The position numbers and the translations under genes are program-made. DNA of 62,905 nt, counting the filler, from Sphingomonadaceae bacterium (lineage in GTDB: Bacteria; Chloroflexota; UBA6077): the NCBI GenBank assembly GCA_050261575.1. It is 4 parts of 4 records of this genome, joined end to end, with 100 filler letters (N's around TTAATTAATTAA, not from the genome) between each part and the next. Parts side by side here need not be neighbours in the genome. Positions count along the whole stretch, not along the records: positions 21,672 to 38,513 come from JBLNDL010000027.1; positions 38,614 to 57,130 come from JBLNDL010000028.1; 2 more parts are not named here. One strand, written 5' to 3'. The notes below the pieces were generated by a model. It saw nothing but the letters and a program-made list of their open reading frames with translations. It searched no databases and had not been told where the DNA came from. The first letter of the stretch is position 1. Each line of letters opens with the position of its first letter. This document shows, in pieces, positions 31,004 to 40,048 of this stretch.

Positions 31004-32496
31004 CCGCTAAAGTGCTGATGATCCAGGGAACCAGCTCCTCCGTGGGTAAGAGCCTTCTCGTTGCCGGACTGTGCCGGCTCCTGCACCAGGAGGGGTACCG
31101 GGTGGCCCCCTTCAAGGCCCAGAACATGGCCCTCAACGCCGCCGTGACCCGGGAGGGGCTGGAGATCGGTCGTGCCCAGGCCGTCCAGGCCGAGGCCGCG
31201 GGCATCGAGGCGTCGGTGGAGATGAACCCCCTCCTGCTGAAGCCCGAGGGGGACAGCCGCTGTCAGGTGGTGCTGATGGGCCGCCCGCTGGAGAGCATGC
31301 ACGCTCGGGACTACTACCGACAGAGGGAGCAGTTCTGGGAGGCGATTAGCTCCTCCCTGGAGCGGCTGAGGGCCCGGTACGACGTCGTCCTGATCGAGGG
31401 GGCGGGGAGCCCGGCCGAGATCAACCTGAGGGAGGGCGACCTGGTCAACATGAGGGTGGCACTGCACGCCCAGGCGCCGGTGCTGCTGGTGGGAGACATC
31501 GACAGGGGAGGGGTCTTCGCCTCGCTGGTCGGGACCCTGGAGCTTCTGCAGCCCCAGGAACGCTCCCTGGTGCGCGGCTTCCTCATCAACAAGTTCCGGG
31601 GAGACGTCTCGCTGCTGACTTCGGGCCTTCGGATCCTGGAGGAGCGGACGGGGGTGCCGGTGCTGGGGGTGGTGCCGCACCTCCACAACCTGCTGATCTC
31701 GGAGGAGGACTCGGCTGGGCTGGAGGCCGGTGGAGCTGGCACGGCGCTTCTGGACGTCGCCGTCATCCGGCTGCCTCGCATCGCCAACTTCGACGACTTC
31801 GACCTGCTGAGCGCGGAGCCAGCCGTCGGGCTGCGCTACGTGGCAAGCCCGACGAAGCTGGGGCGCCCGGATCTGGTGATCCTGCCGGGCAGCAAGGGCA
31901 CGGTGTCGGACCTGAGCTACCTGCGGCAAACGGGGTTGGCGAGGGCCATCCTCGCCCTCGCCCGCAGCGGGACCCCCGTGCTTGGTATCTGCGGCGGATA
32001 CCAGATGCTGGGCGAGCGGATCCTGGACCCGGAGGGGGTGGAATCCACGGAGCGGGAGGCGCCGGGGCTGGGATTGCTGCCAGCCACGACCACGTTCGCG
32101 GGCGAGAAGCGCACGGTGAAGGTGAGGGCGAGGGTGGTGGCGGGGACAGGTCCCCTCGCGTTGGCCGCGGGGCAGGAGATCGCGGCCTACGAGATCCACA
32201 TGGGGGCCACCAGCCACCGTGAGGCGCCGGCGTTCGAGCTGCTGGAGGGGGAGCGGGCAACCCCGGAGGGATGCATCGCGGGGGACGGCCTGGTGATGGG
32301 GAGCTACCTCCACGGGCTGTTCGAGAACGAGTCGATCCGCCGCGCCCTCGTGGAGTGGCTGGCGGAGCGCAGGGGGGTCACGCCGCCCGAGCGCGAAGGT
32401 GTGGCCGCCAGTAGGGAGGCGGAGTACGACCGGCTGGCCGGCACGCTGCGCCGGCACGTGGACCTGGAGCGGTTGCTCGAGATCGCGGGGCTCTAG
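31000..32496 (+). CDS. cobQ: Cobyric acid synthase
   Basis: QGTSSSVGKS, PFKAQNM, EGAGSPAEINL, DIDRGG, INKFRGD, GICGGYQMLG, GSYLHG. Confidence 0.97.
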   Translation: MTAKVLMIQGTSSSVGKSLLVAGLCRLLHQEGYRVAPFKAQNMALNAAVTREGLEIGRAQAVQAEAAGIEASVEMNPLLLKPEGDSRCQVVLMGRPLESMHARDYYRQREQFWEAISSSLERLRARYDVVLIEGAGSPAEINLREGDLVNMRVALHAQAPVLLVGDIDRGGVFASLVGTLELLQPQERSLVRGFLINKFRGDVSLLTSGLRILEERTGVPVLGVVPHLHNLLISEEDSAGLEAGGAGTALLDVAVIRLPRIANFDDFDLLSAEPAVGLRYVASPTKLGRPDLVILPGSKGTVSDLSYLRQTGLARAILALARSGTPVLGICGGYQMLGERILDPEGVESTEREAPGLGLLPATTTFAGEKRTVKVRARVVAGTGPLALAAGQEIAAYEIHMGATSHREAPAFELLEGERATPEGCIAGDGLVMGSYLHGLFENESIRRALVEWLAERRGVTPPEREGVAASREAEYDRLAGTLRRHVDLERLLEIAGL

Positions 32497-32633
32497 GCAG
32501 GGGGGATAGGCAGGTCCCGTCCTAACCCGCACGCGGTCTCTGTATGCGCTGCGCGGCAAGGTGCATCACCCGTTCGACATCTGCGATCGTCTGCGTACAT
32601 CTGCGGATCGGTCCTGTTTCATGGAGGCAATCG

Positions 32634-33215
32634 ATGGGTAGACTCGTTCTGATCCTGGGGGGAGTTCGTAGCGGCAAGAGCGCCATGGCCGAGAAGATGG
32701 CACGGAATGCAGGCGGGAGGATCACCCTCGTCGCTACCGCCCAGGCCCTGGACGACGAGATGAAGCAGAGGATCGCCGCGCATCGGGCGGCGCGCCCGGC
32801 TGGTTGGCGCACCCTGGAGGAACCGCTGGATCTCGGAGGCGCCGTGGAGCAGGCGGTCGCGGATAGCGACCTCGTCGTGGTCGATTGCCTGACCCTGTGG
32901 CTCTCCAACCACCTCTGTCGTATCGAGGCAGCGGAATCCAGCGGGGAGTGGGGGGACGCCGTGGACAGGCTCGGGGCGGTCCTGGAGCGAGACCTCTCTC
33001 GATTGGTCGAGGCGGTGCGATCGGCTGGGGCGACGGTCGTCGTCGTCTCCAACGAGGTGGGCCTGGGGCTGGTGCCGCCGAACCCCATCGGGCGCGTCTA
33101 CAGGGACCTGCTGGGGCTGGCCAACAGTCGGCTAGCGGCCGAGGCCGACCAGGTGCTGCTGATGGTGGCCGGTCTGCCCATCGACGTGAAGCGATTGGCC
33201 TGGGAACTGGAGTAA
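32634..33215 (+). CDS. cobU: Adenosylcobinamide kinase / guanylyltransferase
   Basis: GGVRSGKS, RIAAHR, VDCLTLWLSN, SNEVGLG, RDLLG, VAGLP. Confidence 0.95.
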   Translation: MGRLVLILGGVRSGKSAMAEKMARNAGGRITLVATAQALDDEMKQRIAAHRAARPAGWRTLEEPLDLGGAVEQAVADSDLVVVDCLTLWLSNHLCRIEAAESSGEWGDAVDRLGAVLERDLSRLVEAVRSAGATVVVVSNEVGLGLVPPNPIGRVYRDLLGLANSRLAAEADQVLLMVAGLPIDVKRLAWELE

Positions 33216-34465
33216 TGGAGAGGAGTTGGCCTGAGGCTCCATTCCCGAGGATGGGGGAACGCTGCCGGCGCGAAGGTGGGCGGGATGCCCGCGGCCACGC
33301 CCTTCGGGCCGGCACGGCAGCGGAAGGGCTCGGTTCCGAGAGAGCGGTCGGAACGGGAACGGCCCTGGTGCCCTGCACCTGCGGGGAGCTGGTGCAGGGC
33401 ATCCTGGACGGGGAGCCCTTTCTGGTTTCGTGTCCCATCGACCGATACAGCCAGGTTCGAGTGAGAGTGGAGGGCGGCCTCGCCCCCACCCCGACGCTCC
33501 CCCAGAGGGAAAGAGGGGCGCTGGGGACGGGGGGACGGGGAGACGCGGAGAGGCCAGTAGCGGCCGGCGGCTCTGCCGGCCCGAGGGCGGGCCTGAGACC
33601 CACCCCCATGCCGGAACCGAGCGGGCGGACGCGGTGGCCCGCTTCCGCGCGGGGGCCGGGCGATGCGCGAGACCCCGACCCACGCCGCGGCGGTCGCGTC
33701 CCTGGATCGACCGAAAAGGCCCGGAGGGCCGCGGCCCTGACCCTGGAGCATCTCGGCTTGGGAGGGGTTCCCTTCACCGTGGAGGTCGACTGCCCAGTGC
33801 CCGCTTCGAAGGGGTTCGGGTCCAGCACCGCCGACGTGGTGGGGGCCATCGCCGCCTCCGCCGCCGCGGTCGGGGTCTCGCTGGATCCGCTGGAGGTAGC
33901 CCGCCTCGCCGTTGCGGTGGAGCCGAGCGACGGGACCATGTTTCCCGGCCTGGCCGTCTTCGACCATCGGACGGCCGCCCGCTGGGAGCCACTGGGCCGG
34001 ACACCCCCGTTGTTGGTGGCGGTGCTCGAGTTCGAGGGCACGGTGGACACCCTGGAGTACAACGCCGGACTGGACCTGGCCCGACTTCGCTCCATGGAGG
34101 CAACCCACCGAGAGGCGCTGGGGATGCTCCGGCGGGGGATGGAGGAGCAGCGGTACCAGTTGATCGGCCTCGCCACCACCGCCAGCGCCGTGGCCAACCA
34201 GATACTGCTGTCGAAGCCGCAGTTGGACGAGGTGATCGCGCTGGGGGCGGAATACCACGCCCTGGGGGTCTGCGCCGCTCACAGCGGCACCGCGTTGGGG
34301 GTGCTCTTCGCGCCCGAGGAGAGCTGGAACGCGCGAAGGCTGCTGGATGAGGCCCGCCGCAGGCTGCGGGGGCTACAGGGTGGGTGGGTTTCCAGGATGG
34401 TCGACGGGGGGGCGCGGATCGTCAACGCCGGAAGGGCATCTTCGATTCCGGGTTCCGAGTCCTGA
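33215..34465 (+). CDS. pduX: L-threonine kinase (GHMP family) with a large in-frame insertion
   Basis: CTCGELVQG, SCPID, KGFGSSTAD, EPSDG, AHSGT; ATG overlaps the cobU TAA. Confidence 0.85.
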   Translation: MERSWPEAPFPRMGERCRREGGRDARGHALRAGTAAEGLGSERAVGTGTALVPCTCGELVQGILDGEPFLVSCPIDRYSQVRVRVEGGLAPTPTLPQRERGALGTGGRGDAERPVAAGGSAGPRAGLRPTPMPEPSGRTRWPASARGPGDARDPDPRRGGRVPGSTEKARRAAALTLEHLGLGGVPFTVEVDCPVPASKGFGSSTADVVGAIAASAAAVGVSLDPLEVARLAVAVEPSDGTMFPGLAVFDHRTAARWEPLGRTPPLLVAVLEFEGTVDTLEYNAGLDLARLRSMEATHREALGMLRRGMEEQRYQLIGLATTASAVANQILLSKPQLDEVIALGAEYHALGVCAAHSGTALGVLFAPEESWNARRLLDEARRRLRGLQGGWVSRMVDGGARIVNAGRASSIPGSES

Positions 34466-34613
34466 GTTTTGGGTTCGGAGTCTCCGGAAAGAGCCTGCGC
34501 CATCCCCAACCCAGGCGATCGATAGCCCGGCCTTGCCGAACGTAGGAGTCCGTGCCCCGTCGGGGTTGAGGCAGACCCAACTCCGCCTCATTACTCAGCA
34601 CTCGGCACCTAAC
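34446..34613. repeat. Oppositely oriented heptamer tracts
   Basis: ttccggg-ttccgag-tcctgag-ttttggg-ttcggag (34446-34480) and actcagc-actcggc-acctaac (34593-34613). Confidence 0.55.
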
Positions 34614-34637
34614 ACGCAGAAAGGAACGGTCACAGCC

Positions 34638-35705
34638 GTGGAAGAACTGTTGAGCAGGATCGAGCGTCTCGCCTCCTCCATCACACCTTTGGACGAGGCC
34701 ACCATGGAAGCAGCGCGGCAGCGGCAGGGGCAGCTAACCAAGCCCCCTGGCAGCATGGGCAGGCTGGAAGACTTGGCCGTGCAGCTTGCGGGCATCACTG
34801 GACAGGTGCAGCCGCGCCTGCCGCGCAAGGCGGTGGTGGTCATGGCCGGCGACCACGGGGTGGTCGCCGAGGGCGTCTCCGCCTTCCCGTCGGAGGTGAC
34901 GCCCCAAATGGTGCGGAACTTCCTCGCCGGAGGCGCCGCCATAAACGTCCTCTCGAGGAGGGCAGGGGCCAGGGTGGTGGTGGTGGACGTGGGAGTGGCC
35001 TCGGAGCTCTCGCCCGCCGACGGGCTCGTGGCGCGAAAGGTGGCCTTCGGGACCAAGAACCTGGCGGTCCAGCCCGCAATGACCCGGGAGGAGGCCGCCA
35101 GGGCCATCCTGGCCGGCGTAGAGGTGGTGGAGTCGGAGCTATCCAGGGGACTCGACCTGGTGGCGACGGGCGAGATGGGGATCGGCAACACCACACCCTC
35201 GGCAGCGATCGTGGCGGTGCTCACCGGCAGCCCCGTGGCCGAGGTGGTGGGGCGCGGCACCGGCATCGACGATACCGGACTCGCCCGCAAGATCCGCGTC
35301 ATCGAGCGGGGGATCCAGATCAACCGGCCCGATCGGCAAGACCCCATGGACGTGCTGGCCAAGGTCGGCGGTCTGGAGATCGCCGGTCTGGTGGGGGTGA
35401 TCCTGGCAGGTGCCGCCCATCGGCTGCCCGTCGTGATCGACGGCTTCATCTCGGGGGCGGCCGCGCTGGTGGCCGCACGGCTCTGGCCCCAACTGCTGCC
35501 CTACCTGATACCATCCCACCAGTCGGTGGAGGTGGGACATCGGGTGCTGCTGCAGCACCTCGGGCTGCGCCCCCTCCTCGCCCTGGATCTGCGGCTGGGG
35601 GAGGGCACCGGCGCAGCTATTGCCATGCATCTCATCGACGATGCCCTGGCGCTGCAGGACGAGATGGCCACCTTCGCCGAGGCGGGGGTGAGCGGGAGAG
35701 AGTAG
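34638..35705 (+). CDS. cobT: Nicotinate-nucleotide--dimethylbenzimidazole phosphoribosyltransferase
   Basis: LTKPPGSMGRLE, AGDHGV, GEMGIGNTT, GRGTG, VGGLEI, DGFIS, LRLGEGTGA, MATFAEAGV. Confidence 0.97.
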   Translation: MEELLSRIERLASSITPLDEATMEAARQRQGQLTKPPGSMGRLEDLAVQLAGITGQVQPRLPRKAVVVMAGDHGVVAEGVSAFPSEVTPQMVRNFLAGGAAINVLSRRAGARVVVVDVGVASELSPADGLVARKVAFGTKNLAVQPAMTREEAARAILAGVEVVESELSRGLDLVATGEMGIGNTTPSAAIVAVLTGSPVAEVVGRGTGIDDTGLARKIRVIERGIQINRPDRQDPMDVLAKVGGLEIAGLVGVILAGAAHRLPVVIDGFISGAAALVAARLWPQLLPYLIPSHQSVEVGHRVLLQHLGLRPLLALDLRLGEGTGAAIAMHLIDDALALQDEMATFAEAGVSGRE

Positions 35706-35913
35706 GGGAGAGGCTTGGATCGGCTATCATAACCACAGAGACACGGTGGCAGGGCTACGGCCGGTGCGAGACTCTGTGCCTAGGGCCCTCTCGAGGTCGC
35801 CGAAGCTGTCACGCCGAGCGAAAAAGACGAGGCCATTCGTTTCGCATGGGGTGACGATGCAAGTGCCCTGCTCCGTGTCCCGATGCCTCTGTGGTGACTA
35901 TCGATAGGAGTGC

Positions 35914-36474
35914 TTGGACATGGAAGAGGAGAAGGGAAGGCCCAGGACCAAGGGGCTCGTCATGGTCTTCACGGGGGATGGCAAGGGCAAGACCACCGCC
36001 GCGCTCGGCATGGCCCTGCGGTCCGCCGGCCACCACTTCAAGGTCGCGGTAGTCCAGTTCATCAAGGGCACGATGCGCTACGGGGAGGTGGAGGGGGCAA
36101 AGATGCTGGCCCCTTACGTCGACTGGACGATAAGCGGCAAGGGCTTCACCGCGGGCCCTTTCAACCGGGCCACTCCCGAAGAGCACAAGCAGGCGGCCGA
36201 CGAGGCTTTCCAGACGGCGACGGAGAAGCTGCTCTCCGGCGAGTACAAGGTCGTCATCCTGGACGAGGTGCTGGGCGCCCTCAACGCGGGCCTGGTCAGC
36301 ACCGAGCAGGTGCTGACCCTGATACGGGAGAAGCCGCCAGCGGTGCACCTTGTGCTCACAGGCCGAGGCGCCCCCCAGGAGATCATCGACGCCGCGGACC
36401 TGGTGACGGAGATGAAACCGATCAAGCACCCCTACGAAGTGGGGATCGTCGCCCAGAAAGGCGTGGAGTTCTGA
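35914..36474 (+). CDS. cobO: Cob(I)alamin adenosyltransferase (CobO/BtuR)
   Basis: TGDGKGKTTAALG, QFIKG, ILDE, LTGR, ADLVTEM, KHPY; start 35914 (TTG) or 35920 (ATG). Confidence 0.95.
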   Translation: MDMEEEKGRPRTKGLVMVFTGDGKGKTTAALGMALRSAGHHFKVAVVQFIKGTMRYGEVEGAKMLAPYVDWTISGKGFTAGPFNRATPEEHKQAADEAFQTATEKLLSGEYKVVILDEVLGALNAGLVSTEQVLTLIREKPPAVHLVLTGRGAPQEIIDAADLVTEMKPIKHPYEVGIVAQKGVEF

Positions 36475-36870
36475 GCAGGCATCTGCTGATCGAGTACGTG
36501 TTTCCGGCCAGTGGCGCTTGCCCGGACGGGGCACGCGTGATCCAGCGGCACCTGTCCCGTACCCCCGCCACACCGAGATGGGCACGGACTATCGGCCTCT
36601 CGCAGCGAAGCCTCGCTTCGAAGCGAGGGGCCGTCGCGGAGTAAGACACCCGTCACGTTCGATGAGGGAGCAACGGATCGATCCCAAGGTGGGGCTGGGG
36701 CTCGTCAGCAGCCCCGTACGCCTCTCGGCTGGCGGGCGGCGGCCGGCGCTGCGGACACGTTACACTCGTGGTGATGGCACGATTCGTGATGCCGCAGGGC
36801 CGGAAACCTGCTCTGGGAGGATGTCGCGCCCCGAGCCGTGGAGGCACCTTTGGGGCGCCGGAGCTCGATC

Positions 36871-38481
36871 ATGCCGAGCAAGCAGAAGACGCTGCAGCAA
36901 CTCGAGGCCGAGTTGCTGCGAACCCGAGAAGCCCTGGGACAATGCCAGGAGTTGTTCCGAGCCACCTTCGAAAAGGCCACCGTGGGCATGGCCCACTTGG
37001 CAACCGATGGGCGCTTTCTCCGGGTGAACCAGCGACTGGCCGACACCCTCGGCTACTCCCGTGAGGAGCTTGTCCAGAAGAACTTACGCCAGATCATTCA
37101 TCCCGACGACCTGGCGGCCAGCCTGGAGCGGTTTCGCCAGCTAGTCGCCGGGGTGATCCCCACCTACACCGATGAGAAGCGATACTTCCGGAAGGACGGC
37201 TCGGTCATCTGGGCCAGCTTCACGGTGTCAGTGGCGAGGAAGCCGACGGGTGAACCCGACTTCGTGGTCGCCGTCCAAGAGGACATCGGTGGCCGCAAGC
37301 GGCTGGAGGAGGAACGAGAACACCTGCTGGAGCAGGTGCACGAGGCGAATTGCAGGCTGGTGACGGGGGGTATCAGCAGGCGGGAGCTGGCCGACGAGGC
37401 GCAGAAGAGAACCGCGGAGTTGCGCGCCGTCATAGAATCCATCGCCGACGGGGTGATCATCTACGACCGCGACGGACACGTCCTGCACATGAACTTTGCC
37501 GCCCAACGATCGCTGGCAGTGTCGGAGGAGGAGTTCCGGTCGAGAAGCTACGAGCAGTGGATAAAGATGCTAAGGCTGGAGACCATCGAAGGAAGACCGC
37601 TCGCGGTGGAAGAGACACCCAGTTGGAGGGCCCTCCGCGCGGAGACGGTGCGGGGCTTCGTGATGGTCGTCCACGCGCTCGACGGCCGCAGGCTCTGGGC
37701 TTCCGTGAGCGCCGCCCCCATCTGCACCCCAGAAGGCGCGCTGCTGGGAGCGGTAACCACTTTCACCGACATCACGGAGCTTCACCGACTTCAGGAGCAG
37801 AGGGAAGACCTGGTGCGTTCCGTCTCCCACGACCTGAGAAGCCCACTGACGGCGGTGCAGGGACAGGCCCAGTTGCTGCTGATGCTGCTGGAGCGGTCCA
37901 ACCAGGACGGGAATCTGAGGCGGAGCGCGACAGCCATCTTCACCAACGCCCGCCGGATGAACACCATGATCCAGGACCTGGTGGACTCGGTGAGGGCGGA
38001 GTTGCAGCAGCTTAAGCTGCATCGCACCGGCTTGCATCTTTCGACCTTCCTGCGGGACTACCTCCAACGGATGGAGGGTGTACTGGATACGAACAGGATC
38101 CGCGTGGGAGTGCCCGAGGAGTTGCCAGCGGTGTGGGCAGACGCGGACCGGCTGGAAAGGGTGTTGACCAACCTCCTGAGCAACGGGCTGAAGTACTCGG
38201 AGGCCGAGGTTCGGGTGACCGCCGCGAGACTGGATGGGCACGTCAGGGTTTCGGTGAGCGACCAGGGGATCGGGATCTCGCGCGAGGACCTACCTCGCAT
38301 CTTCGATCGCTTCTACCGGGCGAGGGGAGCTAGGAAGGCCGAGGGGCTGGGTCTGGGCCTCTACATCTCCCGCATGCTAGTGGAGGCAATGGGAGGGCAG
38401 ATCTGGGCTGAGAGCCAGGTTGGCAAGGGGAGCACCTTCTACTTCACGCTGCCGCTCGCCGAGGCGGGAGCCGAGGGCTGA
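36871..38481 (+). CDS. Soluble PAS-PAS sensor histidine kinase
   Basis: Two PAS domains (HPDD, RKDGS), SHDLRSPL H-box, NLLSNGLKY, DQGIG, GLGLGL; no TM segments. Confidence 0.93.
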   Translation: MPSKQKTLQQLEAELLRTREALGQCQELFRATFEKATVGMAHLATDGRFLRVNQRLADTLGYSREELVQKNLRQIIHPDDLAASLERFRQLVAGVIPTYTDEKRYFRKDGSVIWASFTVSVARKPTGEPDFVVAVQEDIGGRKRLEEEREHLLEQVHEANCRLVTGGISRRELADEAQKRTAELRAVIESIADGVIIYDRDGHVLHMNFAAQRSLAVSEEEFRSRSYEQWIKMLRLETIEGRPLAVEETPSWRALRAETVRGFVMVVHALDGRRLWASVSAAPICTPEGALLGAVTTFTDITELHRLQEQREDLVRSVSHDLRSPLTAVQGQAQLLLMLLERSNQDGNLRRSATAIFTNARRMNTMIQDLVDSVRAELQQLKLHRTGLHLSTFLRDYLQRMEGVLDTNRIRVGVPEELPAVWADADRLERVLTNLLSNGLKYSEAEVRVTAARLDGHVRVSVSDQGIGISREDLPRIFDRFYRARGARKAEGLGLGLYISRMLVEAMGGQIWAESQVGKGSTFYFTLPLAEAGAEG

Positions 38482-38513
38482 GCATCGGGCTCGCGCCTCG
38501 CTGCCTGATCGAC

Positions 38514-38613
38514 NNNNNNNNNNNNNNNNNNNNNNNNNNNNNNNNNNNNNNNNNNNNTTAATTAATTAANNNNNNNNNNNNNNNNNNNNNNNNNNNNNNN
38601 NNNNNNNNNNNNN
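38514..38613. other. Artificial contig join
   Basis: N-run with TTAATTAATTAA, followed by a low-complexity G/C contig end. Confidence 0.97.
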
Positions 38614-38776
38614 GGGGGGGCCCCGGGCGGGTGTCGGGTGGGGGGGGGCCGGGGGGGGGGGGGGGGGGGCCCCCCCCCCCCGCCGGGGGCCCCCCCCCCC
38701 CTGCCGCGCTGTGCATTACCAGCTAGCCCGACACCTCGCGGCCGGTGGGCACGTGTAGGCCAGGCGGTCTGGTCCG

Positions 38777-40048
38777 TCAGAGCAGTCTAGACCCATTGTT
38801 GCTCTGGTCGGGTTCTGCCTTGGATGCGGCCTTTCTCCGGCGGCTCCGCAAGGCCAGGTAGAGAAGGGGAACGTCGAGCAGGGCTGGGAGCGGGTCGTCC
38901 AGTGCCAGAATGGCGAATTCCGGCCGGCCAAGAAGGTTGCCGAGATAGGAGCGCAGCGAAAGCTGTCCAGCCCGGATCAACTCGATGGCCGCGGGGAGAT
39001 CGGACGACAGCCTCAGCCACGCCGCGCCGGCACGTGCCCTGGTCTCGGGCACCGGTTCGCCCTGCACCATGAGCCAGTTCAGGTATGGGAAATCCACGCC
39101 GGCGCGCCGTCCGAGGGAGTGCCATGCCCACACGCGGGGGTTGACGTCCAGCAGCTTGTACTTCCCATCGCGGCGGTCGTGCTTGAACTCGAGTTCCACC
39201 AGCCCCGTGAAACGGGTTTCCGCGAGGAACCGTCGAGAGGGATCCTCTATCTCCGGCCGTTCGACCGTCTCCACGAAGCTGCTGGCCCGGCCGAAGTCCA
39301 GGGGGTACTGGCGAGTGCGGCGCGCGACCAGCACAGCGAGCGGAAGTCCCTCCTGACACAGGGCGGCGTAGGAGAACTGCGCCTCACCCCCGCCGGGGAT
39401 CAAGGCCTGAATCATGATCTGGTCCCGTGGGATGATCCGAGATGCCTCGTCGTACCGGGTGAGGAGTTCCTCACGGCTCTCCGCCCTCCAGGCTTTCGCC
39501 CGGGTAAGTGGGTTTATCCCCTCTTTCACCGCAGGCTTCAGAATGACGGGGAAAGCGCAGTCGAGGCCGGCAACCTCCTCGCGATCGGCAGGGTAGCGTG
39601 TCCATGGGTAGTCGATCCCTAGCCTGTCAGCGAGGTCGTAGGTGAGCCGTTTGTCGCTGGCCCAACGGATCGTTTCCCACGGGGCGGTGGTGACCCTGAA
39701 CAGCTTCGACAGCAAGAGATGGTGGCGCGCCACCAATTCGACGTCCACGTCGTCGGTGGGAAAGAGAGCCCATCCGTGCACCAATCCCTGTGGAAGGTCT
39801 AGGAGGCACCGGATCTTGAGGTTCGGGTCGCTCTCCGGCCACCTGACCGTGCGGCGGGTGTAGCGAGAGGTGCCGGCCACCAGGTGGTCGTCGGCCAGCA
39901 CCCAGACTGGTATGCCGCGCCGTCCCAGACTGCGGACCACACCCAGGGCCATCTGGCTACCGCCGATGACCACCGCGCCGGGTGGGTCTCCCGTGAAGGG
40001 ACTTGTCGCCGGTGAAGTGGTGGATGTGGAGGCTTTGGCTTGGATCAT
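38777..40048 (-). CDS. ATP-grasp carboxylate-amine ligase (D-aspartate ligase-like)
   Basis: VRSLGRRGI, FPTDD, DKRL, ILKP, QALIPG, RQYPLDFG, ELEFKHD, LDVNPR; start overlaps the upstream stop. Confidence 0.85.
   Translation of the reverse strand: MIQAKASTSTTSPATSPFTGDPPGAVVIGGSQMALGVVRSLGRRGIPVWVLADDHLVAGTSRYTRRTVRWPESDPNLKIRCLLDLPQGLVHGWALFPTDDVDVELVARHHLLLSKLFRVTTAPWETIRWASDKRLTYDLADRLGIDYPWTRYPADREEVAGLDCAFPVILKPAVKEGINPLTRAKAWRAESREELLTRYDEASRIIPRDQIMIQALIPGGGEAQFSYAALCQEGLPLAVLVARRTRQYPLDFGRASSFVETVERPEIEDPSRRFLAETRFTGLVELEFKHDRRDGKYKLLDVNPRVWAWHSLGRRAGVDFPYLNWLMVQGEPVPETRARAGAAWLRLSSDLPAAIELIRAGQLSLRSYLGNLLGRPEFAILALDDPLPALLDVPLLYLALRSRRRKAASKAEPDQSNNGSRLL

Noticed and set aside
36775..36789. 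TGGCACGATTCGTGA as a sigma-54 promoter for the PAS kinase
   Set aside because: Good -24 element, but the -12 reads GTGA rather than TTGC
38614..38710. G/C homopolymer tract as a G-quadruplex or phase-variation site
   Set aside because: It lies at a contig edge and looks like low-quality sequence
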